From positions 20,638-57,497 of the forward strand of contig PNBD01000042.1 in NCBI GenBank assembly GCA_003135855.1: 36,860 bases of DNA, in the 5' to 3' direction. The first letter of the stretch is position 1. Each line of letters starts with the position of its first letter. This DNA is from Deltaproteobacteria bacterium (GTDB taxonomy: Bacteria; Desulfobacterota; Binatia; Binatales; Binataceae). The position numbers were made by a program, and so were the translations under genes. Below the pieces are notes generated by a model that saw nothing but the letters and a program-made list of their open reading frames with translations, was not told where the DNA came from and searched no databases. This document shows positions 8,972-19,200 of the stretch, one piece after another.

Positions 8972-11782
8972 CTATTTTCCGATACCCTTCAGTTTGACGC
9001 GATGTGGTGAGGCCGTAGTGTTGTCGTGAATCATCAACGAGGCGGCTTTCTGGCCGCGCGATTGTGGACGGAAGATCACGCCGACTCGGCACTTTTCTCC
9101 CGGAGCCAGTGTTCGCGCGCACAGATTCACCAGCGAGAATTCTGGCGCATCGATTGATTCTGTTTGGATGACAACCGCCAGCGCGTTACTCCTCTTCGGG
9201 TTCTTGATCGTCACGATCTTCTGACGACTCGTGCCGTGCATCGCTACTTTTCCGAAGTTCAGCGCCTTTGGAGAGACCGAAAGCGCTGCAGCTACGGGCG
9301 TCGCGGTTGGCGTCGGGGTAGGCGTGCGAGTTGGTGTAGGCGTTGGAGTCCGGGTCGCGACCGGGGTCGGCTGCAAGGGGTGATCGAACGCAAGCACCCT
9401 GTTGTTCGACGTGTCGGCCACGTAGAGGCTGCCTTGTTGATCCAGCGCAACCGAATTTGGACCCAGCATGTTGGACGCACTCGCGAGGCTCGAGCCGTCG
9501 TTGGTTCCCAGGAAGTCCAACTGACCGTAAACGCGATCCGGGATCGAATCCGCTCCAGCGCCGGCAATCGGATTGTCGTACTCAAGCACCCGATTATTGA
9601 ACTCGTCGGCCACATACAAATTGCCCGAGTGGTCGAACCCGAACCCGGTTGGCCGGATGAGCGAACTCCCCGGCGGTGTCGCGGGATCAACGAACTTGAT
9701 TACAACTTGCGGCGGAGGCGGCGTCCCGCCTGAAAGTGGCGCGTGGAATCGAAGCACGCGACCGTTCCCAAAGTCGCCAACCCAGAGGTCATCGGCGGCG
9801 TCTACCGCTATCGCGCCGCCCAGCATCGGCGGAATCTCGAGGTCTCTAGCGTCGAGAAATATGAAGTTGCTGAATGTCCGGTCGGCAGCAGTATCGGCGC
9901 TCAGCGGCGCATCGTACTCAAGAACGCGATTCGTGCCTCCGTCGGCCACGTAGGCGTTACTGTGGGAATCAACCGCTACTGAAATCGGTATGCAAAGCGC
10001 GTTCGGTCCCGGCGGCGGGTCGCCACCGATGCCGTCGGCGCACGCGAACGATGACATATCCGGCTGCCCCAGAACCAATCGAGCCTGGAAGCCACTCGCC
10101 TCGCCGGAATCGAATGGCCGATCGAATTCGAGCACTCGGTTATTCCAGGTATCAGCCACCCAAACATTGCCCTGCGAATCGACCGTGACCGAGGCCGGAA
10201 GACAGAGCGACGCCGCGCTCGGATCCGCACAATAGGATTTTGGCGTATTGACGCTCGAGAAATCCGGTTGTCCAATCACGAGGTCCGCAGCCGCACCGGT
10301 TGTCAACGAGTGCGCATCGCGATAGCCCAGTATCCGGTTGTTGGCGGTATCCGCAACATAGAGACGGTTGGGAAACGCGCTGTGATCCAGCGTTACTGAC
10401 CCCGTGTACCAGAAGAAGCCGCCAGCAAGGACCACGGGGTCCAAGCGAGGTATTTGCAGTGTTGGCGAAAACTGGAAGCCCAGCGCGTCAACATGGTTTT
10501 CGATGCAAGTAGCGAAGTTTTCCTGGCCGGCGACCAGGTCAGCGACCTCGTCGCCCGACCCGGGCTGCGCGGTCGCCTGGTACGGCGTGAAGTACTCGAG
10601 AACCCGGTGATTCGCAAAGTCCGCAACGTACAAGTTTCCGGATGAGTCCACGGCTACACCGGTGGGGTACGCGAGACTGGCGGCACTGACGCCTCCGTGA
10701 TTCGCGTCATGGGTGTCGAAGCTTCCGGACTGACCGAACACAAGATCCGGAGGCGCGTAGCTCGCCACGGTGGAAAAGCCAAGCACCCGGTTGAAGTTGC
10801 TATCGGCGATGTAAATCGTTCCAGAATCAGCCACTGCAACGGCTACAGGACTGTCGGCTCCGGCGAGGACCATGTCGGGCTCCTGACCGTCGAAGATTGG
10901 TGTGCTGTATCTGAGTACGGCGCCGTAGAAAGTGTCGGTCATCCACAGGTTGTCTACTGCATCCACCGCGATCTGATGAAGATCCAAAAACGGTAACAAA
11001 TGCGGAGACCTCAGAAGAGCGTCCGGCAGCGTGTCCCCCGAGCCCGGCAGGCCGCTGACGTATAGCGGCGAATAGTATTCGTATATGACGAGGTTGCCGC
11101 GGTCGGCGACATAGAGGTTGCCCTTGGAGTCTGTAGCGACGCCGGCCGGATCGGAAAAAAAACCGGACCCATGCGACACGAAGTCCGGCTGTCCAAATAC
11201 CAAAGTGGCAGCTTCGCCCGCGGTCACTCCTGAATTGAAGGGTTGCGGGAACATCAGGACGCGACTGTTCGTTCCGTCGGCGACGTACAGGTTCCCCTCG
11301 CTGTCGACAGCAAGCGCCTCCGGCCCGCATAGATTTCTGGCGGTCGGCTGGAAAGCGCCATTGTCCCAAGGATAGTCGCAGCCGATTGAACTCATGTCGG
11401 GCTGTCCGATGACGATATCGGCCGGCGCATGCGCCGCGAACTCATCGACGCTCGACCAGCCAAGAACGCGCGAGTTCCACGAATCAGCCACATAAATGTG
11501 GTTGGGCATGACATTGCGATCTATCGCTAGCGCAATCGGATACTTGAAGCCGAGGCCGTCTGGATGGTTGCGACCAGGATAAATGAACCCAACTTCACCC
11601 AAGACGCGATCCGCGACGTATCCGCCAACCGAGTGTGTCTCGAGAGCCCACGCGGCGGCCGCAATCAGGGCGCATGACAGAATCACGAACGGTAGGTACT
11701 TACCCTTCATGAATGGTTGTCTGGGGCTTGCCGAACTCCTTGCGCGCGTCAACGCAGACAATCCCGCGCGCGTCCACATCAC
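8972..11782 (-). CDS. Secreted NHL-repeat beta-propeller protein with a Pro/Thr linker and a C-terminal choice-of-anchor-D domain
   Basis: Signal-like segment FVILSCALIAAAAWA. Many NHL units (AVDSEGNLYVAD..N.RVL, ADIVIGQPD). A TPTPT linker precedes LSVSPKALNFGKV...LAPGEKC.V.V.F.P...L.G.GK. The start may be downstream (ATG 11779 or 11710). Confidence 0.9.
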   Translation of the reverse strand: MMWTRAGLSALTRARSSASPRQPFMKGKYLPFVILSCALIAAAAWALETHSVGGYVADRVLGEVGFIYPGRNHPDGLGFKYPIALAIDRNVMPNHIYVADSWNSRVLGWSSVDEFAAHAPADIVIGQPDMSSIGCDYPWDNGAFQPTARNLCGPEALAVDSEGNLYVADGTNSRVLMFPQPFNSGVTAGEAATLVFGQPDFVSHGSGFFSDPAGVATDSKGNLYVADRGNLVIYEYYSPLYVSGLPGSGDTLPDALLRSPHLLPFLDLHQIAVDAVDNLWMTDTFYGAVLRYSTPIFDGQEPDMVLAGADSPVAVAVADSGTIYIADSNFNRVLGFSTVASYAPPDLVFGQSGSFDTHDANHGGVSAASLAYPTGVAVDSSGNLYVADFANHRVLEYFTPYQATAQPGSGDEVADLVAGQENFATCIENHVDALGFQFSPTLQIPRLDPVVLAGGFFWYTGSVTLDHSAFPNRLYVADTANNRILGYRDAHSLTTGAAADLVIGQPDFSSVNTPKSYCADPSAASLCLPASVTVDSQGNVWVADTWNNRVLEFDRPFDSGEASGFQARLVLGQPDMSSFACADGIGGDPPPGPNALCIPISVAVDSHSNAYVADGGTNRVLEYDAPLSADTAADRTFSNFIFLDARDLEIPPMLGGAIAVDAADDLWVGDFGNGRVLRFHAPLSGGTPPPPQVVIKFVDPATPPGSSLIRPTGFGFDHSGNLYVADEFNNRVLEYDNPIAGAGADSIPDRVYGQLDFLGTNDGSSLASASNMLGPNSVALDQQGSLYVADTSNNRVLAFDHPLQPTPVATRTPTPTPTRTPTPTPTATPVAAALSVSPKALNFGKVAMHGTSRQKIVTIKNPKRSNALAVVIQTESIDAPEFSLVNLCARTLAPGEKCRVGVIFRPQSRGQKAASLMIHDNTTASPHRVKLKGIGK
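9296..9370 (-). repeat. Low-complexity Pro/Thr linker (PTPVATRTPTPTPTRTPTPTPTATPV) within the NHL protein
   Basis: Seen in the translation of 8972..11782; codons are synonymously varied. Confidence 0.8.
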
Positions 11783-11840
11783 GCTCCAAGAGGTCTACCA
11801 CACGCGCATCTTTGCTGACATCGAGTTGCCGAGGCAAAAC

Positions 11841-12488
11841 TTACCCTCTGCGAGACTTGTTTGAGTCAGATCTGATGGCTCCCTCTAGCTGTAGCTCGAG
11901 CATCTGGCGCAATGAAGGCCGTCGCGTCTCCGGCGACGGCTCCCCGCTACCAAGCCAGAGCATCATGAATGTGAAATAGAGTGCGAAAAGGTTGCCACTG
12001 AGCAGCGCGGAATTAACATCTCCAGCAACTTCCCCGCGATCCTTCACAGATTCGATCAGCCCGTCTAGCTTCTGGAAGAGGTTTCTCATCACAACGTCGA
12101 CGGCCTGACGCTCCCCTCGTACAAAAGCGAGTTCCTTGACGAAGACTCGGGCCAGACCGAGGTTACGCTGGTTCTGTTTCAGCATCACGTCAAATACGTG
12201 CATCAACTGATCGATGAGCGGTGCCTTAGGGACGCGAGCAAAAGCGCGTTCGACTGCTTGGCCTACGTCTTCCTGGAACATCATTACCAGGAGCGCCTCT
12301 TTTGACTTGGCATGGAAGAAGAGCGTCCCCTTGCCCACATCTGCCAGCTCGGCGATCTCAGCGGTCGTAGTGGCGGCGAATCCCTTGGTCTGGAACAGGC
12401 GGCGAGCGGCCCGGATGAGGCGTTCGCGTTTCTAGCGTTTGCTGCGTTCGGCGCGCCTGAATTCAACTACTTCCGCTGATGCTCTCAT
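11841..12488 (-). pseudogene. TetR/AcrR family regulator interrupted by an in-frame TAG at codon 19
   Basis: The ATG at 12488 overlaps the hpaH stop (ATGA). It reads MRASAEVVEFRRAERSKR*KRERLIRAARRLFQTKGFAATTTAEIAELADVGKGTLFFH, with TAG at 12434-12432, then continues in frame to 11841. Confidence 0.85.
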
Positions 12489-13309
12489 CTTGCTGATCCG
12501 CTCGCGTCTCCCACGAACCGGCAGGAGATGGAGCCAAGCGGGCCGTAGTCGACATGGAAAGTATCGCTGGCACGCGCGGGTACTGTTCTGGTGAAGGAAC
12601 CGGCGAGAACCAGATGCCCAGCTTCGAGACCCTGATCATGCAGTGCCAGCTTATTAGCAAGCCATGCGATTCCATTGGCGGGATGGTTCAGAACGGCGGC
12701 GGCGATTCCTGACTCTTCGATAATCCCATTGCGATAGCAGAGCGCCCCGACCCATCGCAGATCGACGTCGAGGGGGCGAATCGGCCGCCCGCCAACCACC
12801 AGTGCGGCGTTGGCCGCATTGTCCGCGATACTGTCGACTACGCGCCGCCGCGCTTTGGTATCGGGATCGTCCAACCGCGTGCGCAGGTCGACGATTTCCA
12901 AAGCGGGAGTAACGTACTCAGTCGCATTCAGAACATCGAAGATCGAACAGTTTGGACCTCGCAGAGGCTTGCCGAGGATAAATGCCAACTCATTCTCGAG
13001 CATCGGCGTGATAAAACGGTTGGCGGGAATTTCCGCGCCGGACTGATAAAGCATATCGTCCAGAAGTACGCCGTAGTCGGGTTCGTCGATGTTCGCCATC
13101 GACTGCATCGCTCGCGAGGTCAAGCCGATTTTATGTCCGATGATTCTGCGGCCTTCGGCAAGCTTTATGTCGACCCAGGCGCGCTGAATCGCGTACGAAT
13201 CTGGAATTGTGATCTCAGGATGCTGCGCGGACAGAAATCGTATTACCTTTCTGTTTCTCTCAGCTTCGTGAAGATCTTTGGCCAATCGAGAAATTGTTGC
13301 CGCATCCAT
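12485..13309 (-). CDS. hpaH: 2-oxo-hept-3-ene-1,7-dioate hydratase (HpaH/HpcG, FAH superfamily)
   Basis: YAIQRAWVDIKLAEGRRIIGHKIGLTSRAMQ, EPDYGVLLDDM, IADNAANA, IEESGIAAAVLNHPANGIAWLANKL, LAGSFTR and FHVDYGPLG; AGCGAGG upstream serves as RBS. Confidence 0.9.
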   Translation of the reverse strand: MDAATISRLAKDLHEAERNRKVIRFLSAQHPEITIPDSYAIQRAWVDIKLAEGRRIIGHKIGLTSRAMQSMANIDEPDYGVLLDDMLYQSGAEIPANRFITPMLENELAFILGKPLRGPNCSIFDVLNATEYVTPALEIVDLRTRLDDPDTKARRRVVDSIADNAANAALVVGGRPIRPLDVDLRWVGALCYRNGIIEESGIAAAVLNHPANGIAWLANKLALHDQGLEAGHLVLAGSFTRTVPARASDTFHVDYGPLGSISCRFVGDASGSAR

Positions 13310-13342
13310 TACTAATCGCCCTCGCTAACTGGTTCTGAAGTC

Positions 13343-13800
13343 TCAAATCAGAGCGGGATAAGAACCACCATCGACGTGGATGTTCTGACCCGAGATGTAT
13401 CCGGCAAGCGCGCTGCACAAGAACGCGCAAATCGCGCCAAACTCCTTCGGATCACCCATCCGCTTCGCAGCAACCATTGATTTGGTCAGCGCGAGCCGAA
13501 GAAAATCCAGAACCGCGCGGTTGTGTTCTTCGTAGTGTTCGAACTGTGCCCAGTGGCCCGTATTGGATGCACAATGATACCGGGCGCCCGGGATCATCGA
13601 TGCGAGGCGTTGCCCCACCTCCGAACCTGGCCGATTCTTCTCGCCCCAGTAGACCAGCGTAGGACGAGTTACCTGCCGCGCGAGCGTATCGGTGATCGAA
13701 TACCGAACGGGGCCTTCTCCGACGAGGTAGTTGCGCATCACCTCCCGAAGAACGCGGTTTACTCCGGGATCCCGATAGATTGGCCAGTGCACGATCGAGT
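13343..13800 (-). pseudogene. Chimeric remnant: C-terminus of an alpha/beta hydrolase fused in frame to the C-terminus of an SDR oxidoreductase
   Basis: PTLVYWGEKN...TGHWAQFEHYEEHNRAVLDFL (hydrolase catalytic His region) is followed at about 13495 by AAKRMGDPKEFGAICAFLCSALAGYISGQNIHVDGG (SDR C-terminus). Confidence 0.8.
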
Positions 13801-13824
13801 TCCATCTCTCTAAACCGCAATTAC

Positions 13825-13852
13825 TGACCAGAGTCAATGTCGACTCAAGTCA
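13825..13852. promoter_or_regulatory. Tandem palindromic operator sites TGAC-N4-GTCA, probably TetR-type, overlapping a TTGACT -35-like hexamer on the minus strand
   Basis: TGACCAGAGTCA at 13825-13836 and CGACTCAAGTCA at 13841-13852, directly upstream of the minus-strand hydrolase/SDR-hpaH-tetR unit. Confidence 0.6.
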
Positions 13853-14091
13853 CAATATTGGTGCGTTTTGTAGAAATGCTGAGACTGACGGGCATCCACT
13901 CTGCCACGACCCACGTAACGGCAGCGGCGGATATATCGGCCAGCGACAGACCCATAGCTACGAAGGCTGCGGCTTTTGAACTGCCACAACACTTGTCAAT
14001 TCGCCCGAATAGTGGCATAGCTTCCGTTCGACATGAGAACAACTGCAGGCATCGTTCAGGCTCCTCATAACGGGCATCGGATTCAACGGAG

Positions 14092-14400
14092 ATGACCGCG
14101 AGAGAATCGATCCGGCGTGCGCGCACCGCGCGAGGACTCACGCAGATCGACGTTCCCGGTTGCGGAATGCTGGAACGCGCCGCGCGGCACCGGGCCGCCG
14201 TTTCGACCTTCCTTTCCCCTGAGGAGATCGATGCAACCCTGCTCATCGCGGGATGTGATCCTGCCGCCGCACTCCTTGCAGACTGGCTCGCCCGCGAAGT
14301 GAGCCAACAGTGTGGCTGCGACACGGAGCGGATGGGACGCGTGGTCGATCGTCTCAACACAGGAGAATCGGCCGAAACGCAGGAGCTATCAGAATGTTGA
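14092..14400 (+). pseudogene. Remnant of an XRE-family HTH / PBP-domain regulator with internal deletions
   Basis: SIRRARTARGLTQID is the first XRE helix, and the HTH is then cut. TLLIAGCDPA..LLADWLAR resembles the start of a PBP-like substrate-binding domain. Similarity is lost after that. Confidence 0.55.
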
Positions 14401-14431
14401 AAACAAAATACGACTCTTTTGGGGGTGGGTG

Positions 14432-15322
14432 GTGACGAGACACCTGCGAACCACCGGGTTGACTATACTCATAGTCATTGTTTCCATTGCAGGGCCGTGC
14501 CGCGCGCAAAGTACTTCGTCGTTTGGGAGTGCGATCGAGGACTATTTCGTAAACTGGTTTCCGCGTGTCACTAAAATCCAGAGTGAGCAGCCTCACTGGG
14601 TAACTCCGCTAGTGACCGTTACGCCTCGTTTGGAAGAGGAATACCGGTACGATCAGTCCTGGCAAGCCAACCCCCACGGTATCGCGACCGATAGCTTCGG
14701 TGGCGGCAAGGGATTGGAGCTCATTCCTTTTCAAAATACCGAAATCATACTTGGAGTTCCGGCCTGGATTGCGCACAGCGGGCACATCGTACATTCGACC
14801 TCGAAAAAAGATGTCGCAACCGACGGCTGGGCGGACGAGACATTTCTGATCAAATACCGGCTGCTTTCAGCTAACGAGGGAAACGGCAACTATATCGTGA
14901 CCGCTTTCATGGGTTTCAGTGCTCCCACCGGCGTTCGTGGCAACAGTGCCGGACACGCGCTGTTCACTCCAACACTTGCCGCAGGCAAGGGCTTTGGCAA
15001 TTTCGACGTTCAATCGACGGTCGGTGTGATGTTTCCGAATGGAGGAGAAGATCGACTGGGATGGCCGCTCGCCTGGAATACCGCCTTCCAGTATCGCATC
15101 TACAAATATTTCTGGCCCGAAATCGAAACCAACTATACCTGGTTTGCTCAGGGCGCGCGTACAGGTCAGAACCAGTTATACCTGACGCCCGGACTTCTAT
15201 TAGGACGCTTTCCCATTCATGGCCGCGTTGGACTCACTATCGGGGCTGGCTATCAGGTTGCGGTAACGCATCATCCGTCTTACAACAACGCCGTCATCTT
15301 GAGCGCGCGCATTCCATTCTAG
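14432..15322 (+). CDS. Putative outer-membrane beta-barrel protein (MetA-pathway/SphA-like 'transporter')
   Basis: Signal peptide ...LIVIVSIAGPCRA|Q, alternating aromatic beta-strands, KYRLLS and FSAPTG motifs, and a C-terminal Phe (SARIPF). The start is placed at GTG 14432 (or 14429). Confidence 0.75.
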   Translation: MTRHLRTTGLTILIVIVSIAGPCRAQSTSSFGSAIEDYFVNWFPRVTKIQSEQPHWVTPLVTVTPRLEEEYRYDQSWQANPHGIATDSFGGGKGLELIPFQNTEIILGVPAWIAHSGHIVHSTSKKDVATDGWADETFLIKYRLLSANEGNGNYIVTAFMGFSAPTGVRGNSAGHALFTPTLAAGKGFGNFDVQSTVGVMFPNGGEDRLGWPLAWNTAFQYRIYKYFWPEIETNYTWFAQGARTGQNQLYLTPGLLLGRFPIHGRVGLTIGAGYQVAVTHHPSYNNAVILSARIPF

Positions 15323-15460
15323 GATACGTCGCGGCGCAGGCGGCGCTCTCACCGTGGGTTGACACCTCCCGAGTCTGATCGCATCGCGCATCCTGTTTCG
15401 GGCGAGGAGTCGCCGCGACCGGCGGAGCCTCCTTGATTTCACTACTTTCCCATCAGTCCC

Positions 15461-15646
15461 ATCACGCGCGCATATCTGGACTTCAAGTTCGCACCTAGGG
15501 ATGACTTTCTGATGCGAGTGACGCCGAACGTGTACACGACGATCGGAACACCTGGCTCGAGATCCATGGTGTCAGCGCCGTACAACGATATCCCCAAAGC
15601 TGCTCCTCCCAGTCAAGCAGCGGGTTCTGCTCCTGGCCAAAGGTGA
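15461..15646 (+). pseudogene. Possible fragment of another outer-membrane/porin-like gene
   Basis: The frame ITRAYLDFKFAPRDDFLMRVTPNVY resembles porin-like beta-strand motifs; it has no clear start and the support is weak. Confidence 0.3.
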
Positions 15647-15745
15647 ATTTGCCATCGGCAGAACGATCGGCGACGTATTGATTCGGCGCTGCTCAGCGAG
15701 AGGGTCTTGACTTCGATCGGGTGCGGGATGATCTTGGAAAAAGAA

Positions 15746-16120
15746 GTGTTCACCAACTTATCCAAATTGAGTGCGCGCACGTTCACCACGATTTGCCGCG
15801 CGGCATTATGCGTCGTCGGCGTCGCTATGTTGGTCTCGTTCCCAGCCAACAACGTTCGTCGATTCGATGATCATTTCCGCGCACCCGAGGTACGCCGGTC
15901 GATCGAGCGACACACCTTCTTTGCTCAGCCTGAACTCACTGGAGCGGAGCAGATTGCTCACGCCGAGGTCGCTCCGACAGTTCTGATTCCGGTGACTAGG
16001 CCGGATTTCTCCAAGCCGCTCGCGAACTTTCGGATAGTTTCGGAAATTCCACTCACACGATTACTGTTACGCCTCAAGCTCGGGCCTGCACGCTCGGGCG
16101 GATCAGACCCACTGAGTTAG
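15746..16120 (+). CDS. Small hypothetical protein with an N-terminal hydrophobic/signal segment, directly upstream of the RND operon
   Basis: Hydrophobic AALCVVGVAMLVSFPA, His-containing middle and basic C-terminus RLLLRLKLGPARSGGSDPLS. The start is uncertain (15707-15767). Confidence 0.65.
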   Translation: MFTNLSKLSARTFTTICRAALCVVGVAMLVSFPANNVRRFDDHFRAPEVRRSIERHTFFAQPELTGAEQIAHAEVAPTVLIPVTRPDFSKPLANFRIVSEIPLTRLLLRLKLGPARSGGSDPLS

Positions 16121-16232
16121 CCCTCACATTCGGCGATTGAGTTCGGTGCGCGCGCACATGTGCGCTGCGGCCGGCTGCTATCGACTTGTTGCCGGAGACC
16201 CGTTCCGGCCCGAATCGCACGAGGTCTGGTTA

Positions 16233-19200
16233 GTGCCTGGTTTCTCATTGCGCAATCCTCACGCGGTAATTGTGGGTGCGCTACTCACGATCATTCTTGG
16301 CGTCGCCGCGTTTCTGACGATGCCCGTGGATGCCTTCCCGAAGTTGGACATCCCGGTTGCAGTGGTCGCCACCTTCTATCCCGGTATGCCGCCGCTCGAC
16401 ATCGAGGCCGACATCACCACCCGCTTTGAACGTTTCTTCACGCTCGGCAGCGATATCGATCACATGGAGTCACGGTCGCTGCCGGGGGTGAGCATCATCA
16501 AGGTGTTCTTCCAGCCGGGGGTGGATCTCAGCGCTGCAACCGCGACGCTTGGCAACCTCGCGATGGCGGATCTGCGCCATCTGCCGCCGGGAACCTTACC
16601 GCCGCTGATTCTTAAATCCGGCGCGTCGTCGTTGCCGGTCACGCTCGTGACGGTGTCTGGCAAAGGATTCAGCGAAGCGCAGCTGCGCGATCAGGCCCAG
16701 TACAACATCCGCAACTGGATCGCGACGGTACCGGGCACCTCGGTCCCTCCGCCATTTGGCGGCAAGTACCGGCAGATAATGGCCTACGTCAATCGCGACG
16801 CGCTGGAGGCGCGCGGACTCACCCTGATGGACGTGGTCCATTCGCTCGACGACGCCAACCTGATCATTCCCGCGGGCGACGCGAAAATCGGATCGACGGA
16901 TTACTTCGTTTACAGCAACAGCATGATCGAAGATCCGTCCGAGATTAATCAGGTGCCGATCAAGATAGGTCACGGCGAGGCACCGGTATTCGTCGGCGAT
17001 GTGGGTCACGTCGAGGATGCCGCGCAGATTCAACAGAACATCGTCCGCATCAATGGTCAGCGCTCCGTGTATATCCCGGTGATGAAACAGGGCAACGCCA
17101 ACACGATCGCGGTCGTGGATGGAGTCAAACAGGCGATCAAGCAGATCGCGGGCTTACCCGAAGGGATCAAGGTCAACGCGATCTTTGGTCAGGACTCATA
17201 CGTGCGCGCGGCGATCGAGAGCCTCGAGCATGAAGCAATCTCGGGCGCAGTGCTAGCTTCATTGATGATCCTGATTTTCCTCGGCAGCTTTCGCTCGACA
17301 GTCGCGATTTTCTTGTCAATTCCGCTGTCGATTCTCGCAGGCGCCTGCGGCCTCAGAATGAGCGGCTCGACGATCAATGTCATGACACTCGGCGGTTTCG
17401 CGCTGGCGATCGGGCGGCTGGTCGACGACTCGACGGTGGTGCTGGAAAACATCAACCGCCATCTCGCCGAGGGAAAAGCACCCGCAGAAGCTGCATGCGA
17501 TGGAGCCAATGAGGTTGCGCTGGCAGTACTCGCATCCACGATCACGACGATCATCGTTTTCTCGCCGGTGATGTTTCTGTTCGGAGTCGCGAAATCTCTG
17601 TTCAGCGCGTTGTCTTGGGCGGTCGTGCTTTCGATGCTCGCATCGTATGTGGTCGCGATGACTGTGATCCCGGTTTATTGTGCGCGGTTTCTCACCAATG
17701 AATCGGGACGGGAAGCGGAACAGGGCACGGGACGCGGCTTTTTGGCCGCATTCATTCGCAGTTACGACCGATTCGCGGAGCGCTATGAACGCGCGCTCGA
17801 ATGGTCGTTGGATCACAAGGGCACCGTAATCGGCGCTGCTTCGATTCTCTTTGTGGTAAGCATCGCGGCCTTCCCGTTGATTGGAACCGAGTTGTTTCCG
17901 AGAACCGATGCCGGGCAATTTGTCATCCAGTTTCGGGCGCCGCTGGGAACGCGCATTGAGCTGACCGAGAAGTTGGCCGAACGCCTGGAACAGTCGATTC
18001 GCGAAGTTATACCGCACGACGAACTTTCGACTGTCGTCTCGAACATCGGATTGGCGCCGGGATTTTCGTCGATCTACTCGTCGAACGCGGCGAGCGACTC
18101 GGGCTTCGTCATGGTTGCGCTCGCACCTGACCATCGGGTCTCGACGTGGAACTATGTCGCGAAACTCAAACAGCTTCTGCCGCGGCGAATACCCGAAATC
18201 CGCACCTTCTTTTCGTCGGGAAGCATCATCGATTCCGTCCTCAACTTCGGACTTGCGGCCCCAATCGACATTCAGTTGAGCGGTCGCCGTTATGCCGAGC
18301 TGTTCGATCTCTCGCGTAAGGTCGATGCGCGCGTGAATAACCTGCCGGAGGTGGCTGGCACCTTTGTCCCCGAGGAATCGAACTACCCGACACTTAGAAT
18401 CAACGTTGATCGAGTGAAGGCGGCGCGCTTGGGACTCACCCAGCGCGACGTGGTCACGAACGTAATTACCGCGCTCACCTCAAATCAGATGATCGCGCCG
18501 TCGATTTGGATCGATCCAAAATCCGGCAACGACTACTTTCTGACCGCGCAATACTCGGAAGATCAAATTGACTCACTCGATACCTTGCGCAATATCCCGG
18601 TGCGCAGTAGCGATGGCAACCATTCGCGCGCCGATGCGATGCTTTTGCGCGACGTCGCCACCATAGCCCGCGAGCAGCATCCGGCCGAGGCCGATCATTA
18701 CAACATCCAGCGCGTAGTCGATGTGCTCGTCGCTCCTGGCACCGACGACATGGGTGGTGCGCTCAAAGCCGTGCGAAAGGCGCTGGCCGGCCTCAAGTTA
18801 CCGTCCGGTGTAGGAATCGCGTTTCGCGGTTCGGTGGACTCGATGGAGCGATCGTTCTCGAGCTTTGGCTACGGACTGGCGATGGCGGTGGTGCTGCTAT
18901 ACCTCGTGATGGTCGCGCAGTTCCGCTCCTTCCTGGACCCCTTTATCATCATGTTCTCGGTGCCGATGGGAATGATCGGCGTTACCTGGACCCTGCTGCT
19001 CACCGGCACGACCCTTAACATCGAATCGTTCATGGGGATCATCGCAATGGTCGGGATCGTGGTGTCCAACGCGATCCTGCTGGTTGACTTCGCGAACCAA
19101 CGTTACCGGGCCGGCCAGGATTTGCGTCGCGCGATCGTAGAGTCGGCGCAGATCAGGATGCGCCCGATCCTGATGACGACGCTGGCAACAGTCGTCGGTT

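Noticed and set aside
9296-9370. Pro/Thr repeat as a VNTR or phase-variation tract
   Set aside because: The codons are diversified; it is an ordinary flexible linker.
12432-12434. Programmed amber readthrough or recoding in tetR
   Set aside because: TAG is used as a normal stop by other genes here (e.g. at 5768, 7097, 15322), no pyl genes are visible, and the neighbours are decaying, so a simple nonsense mutation is more parsimonious.
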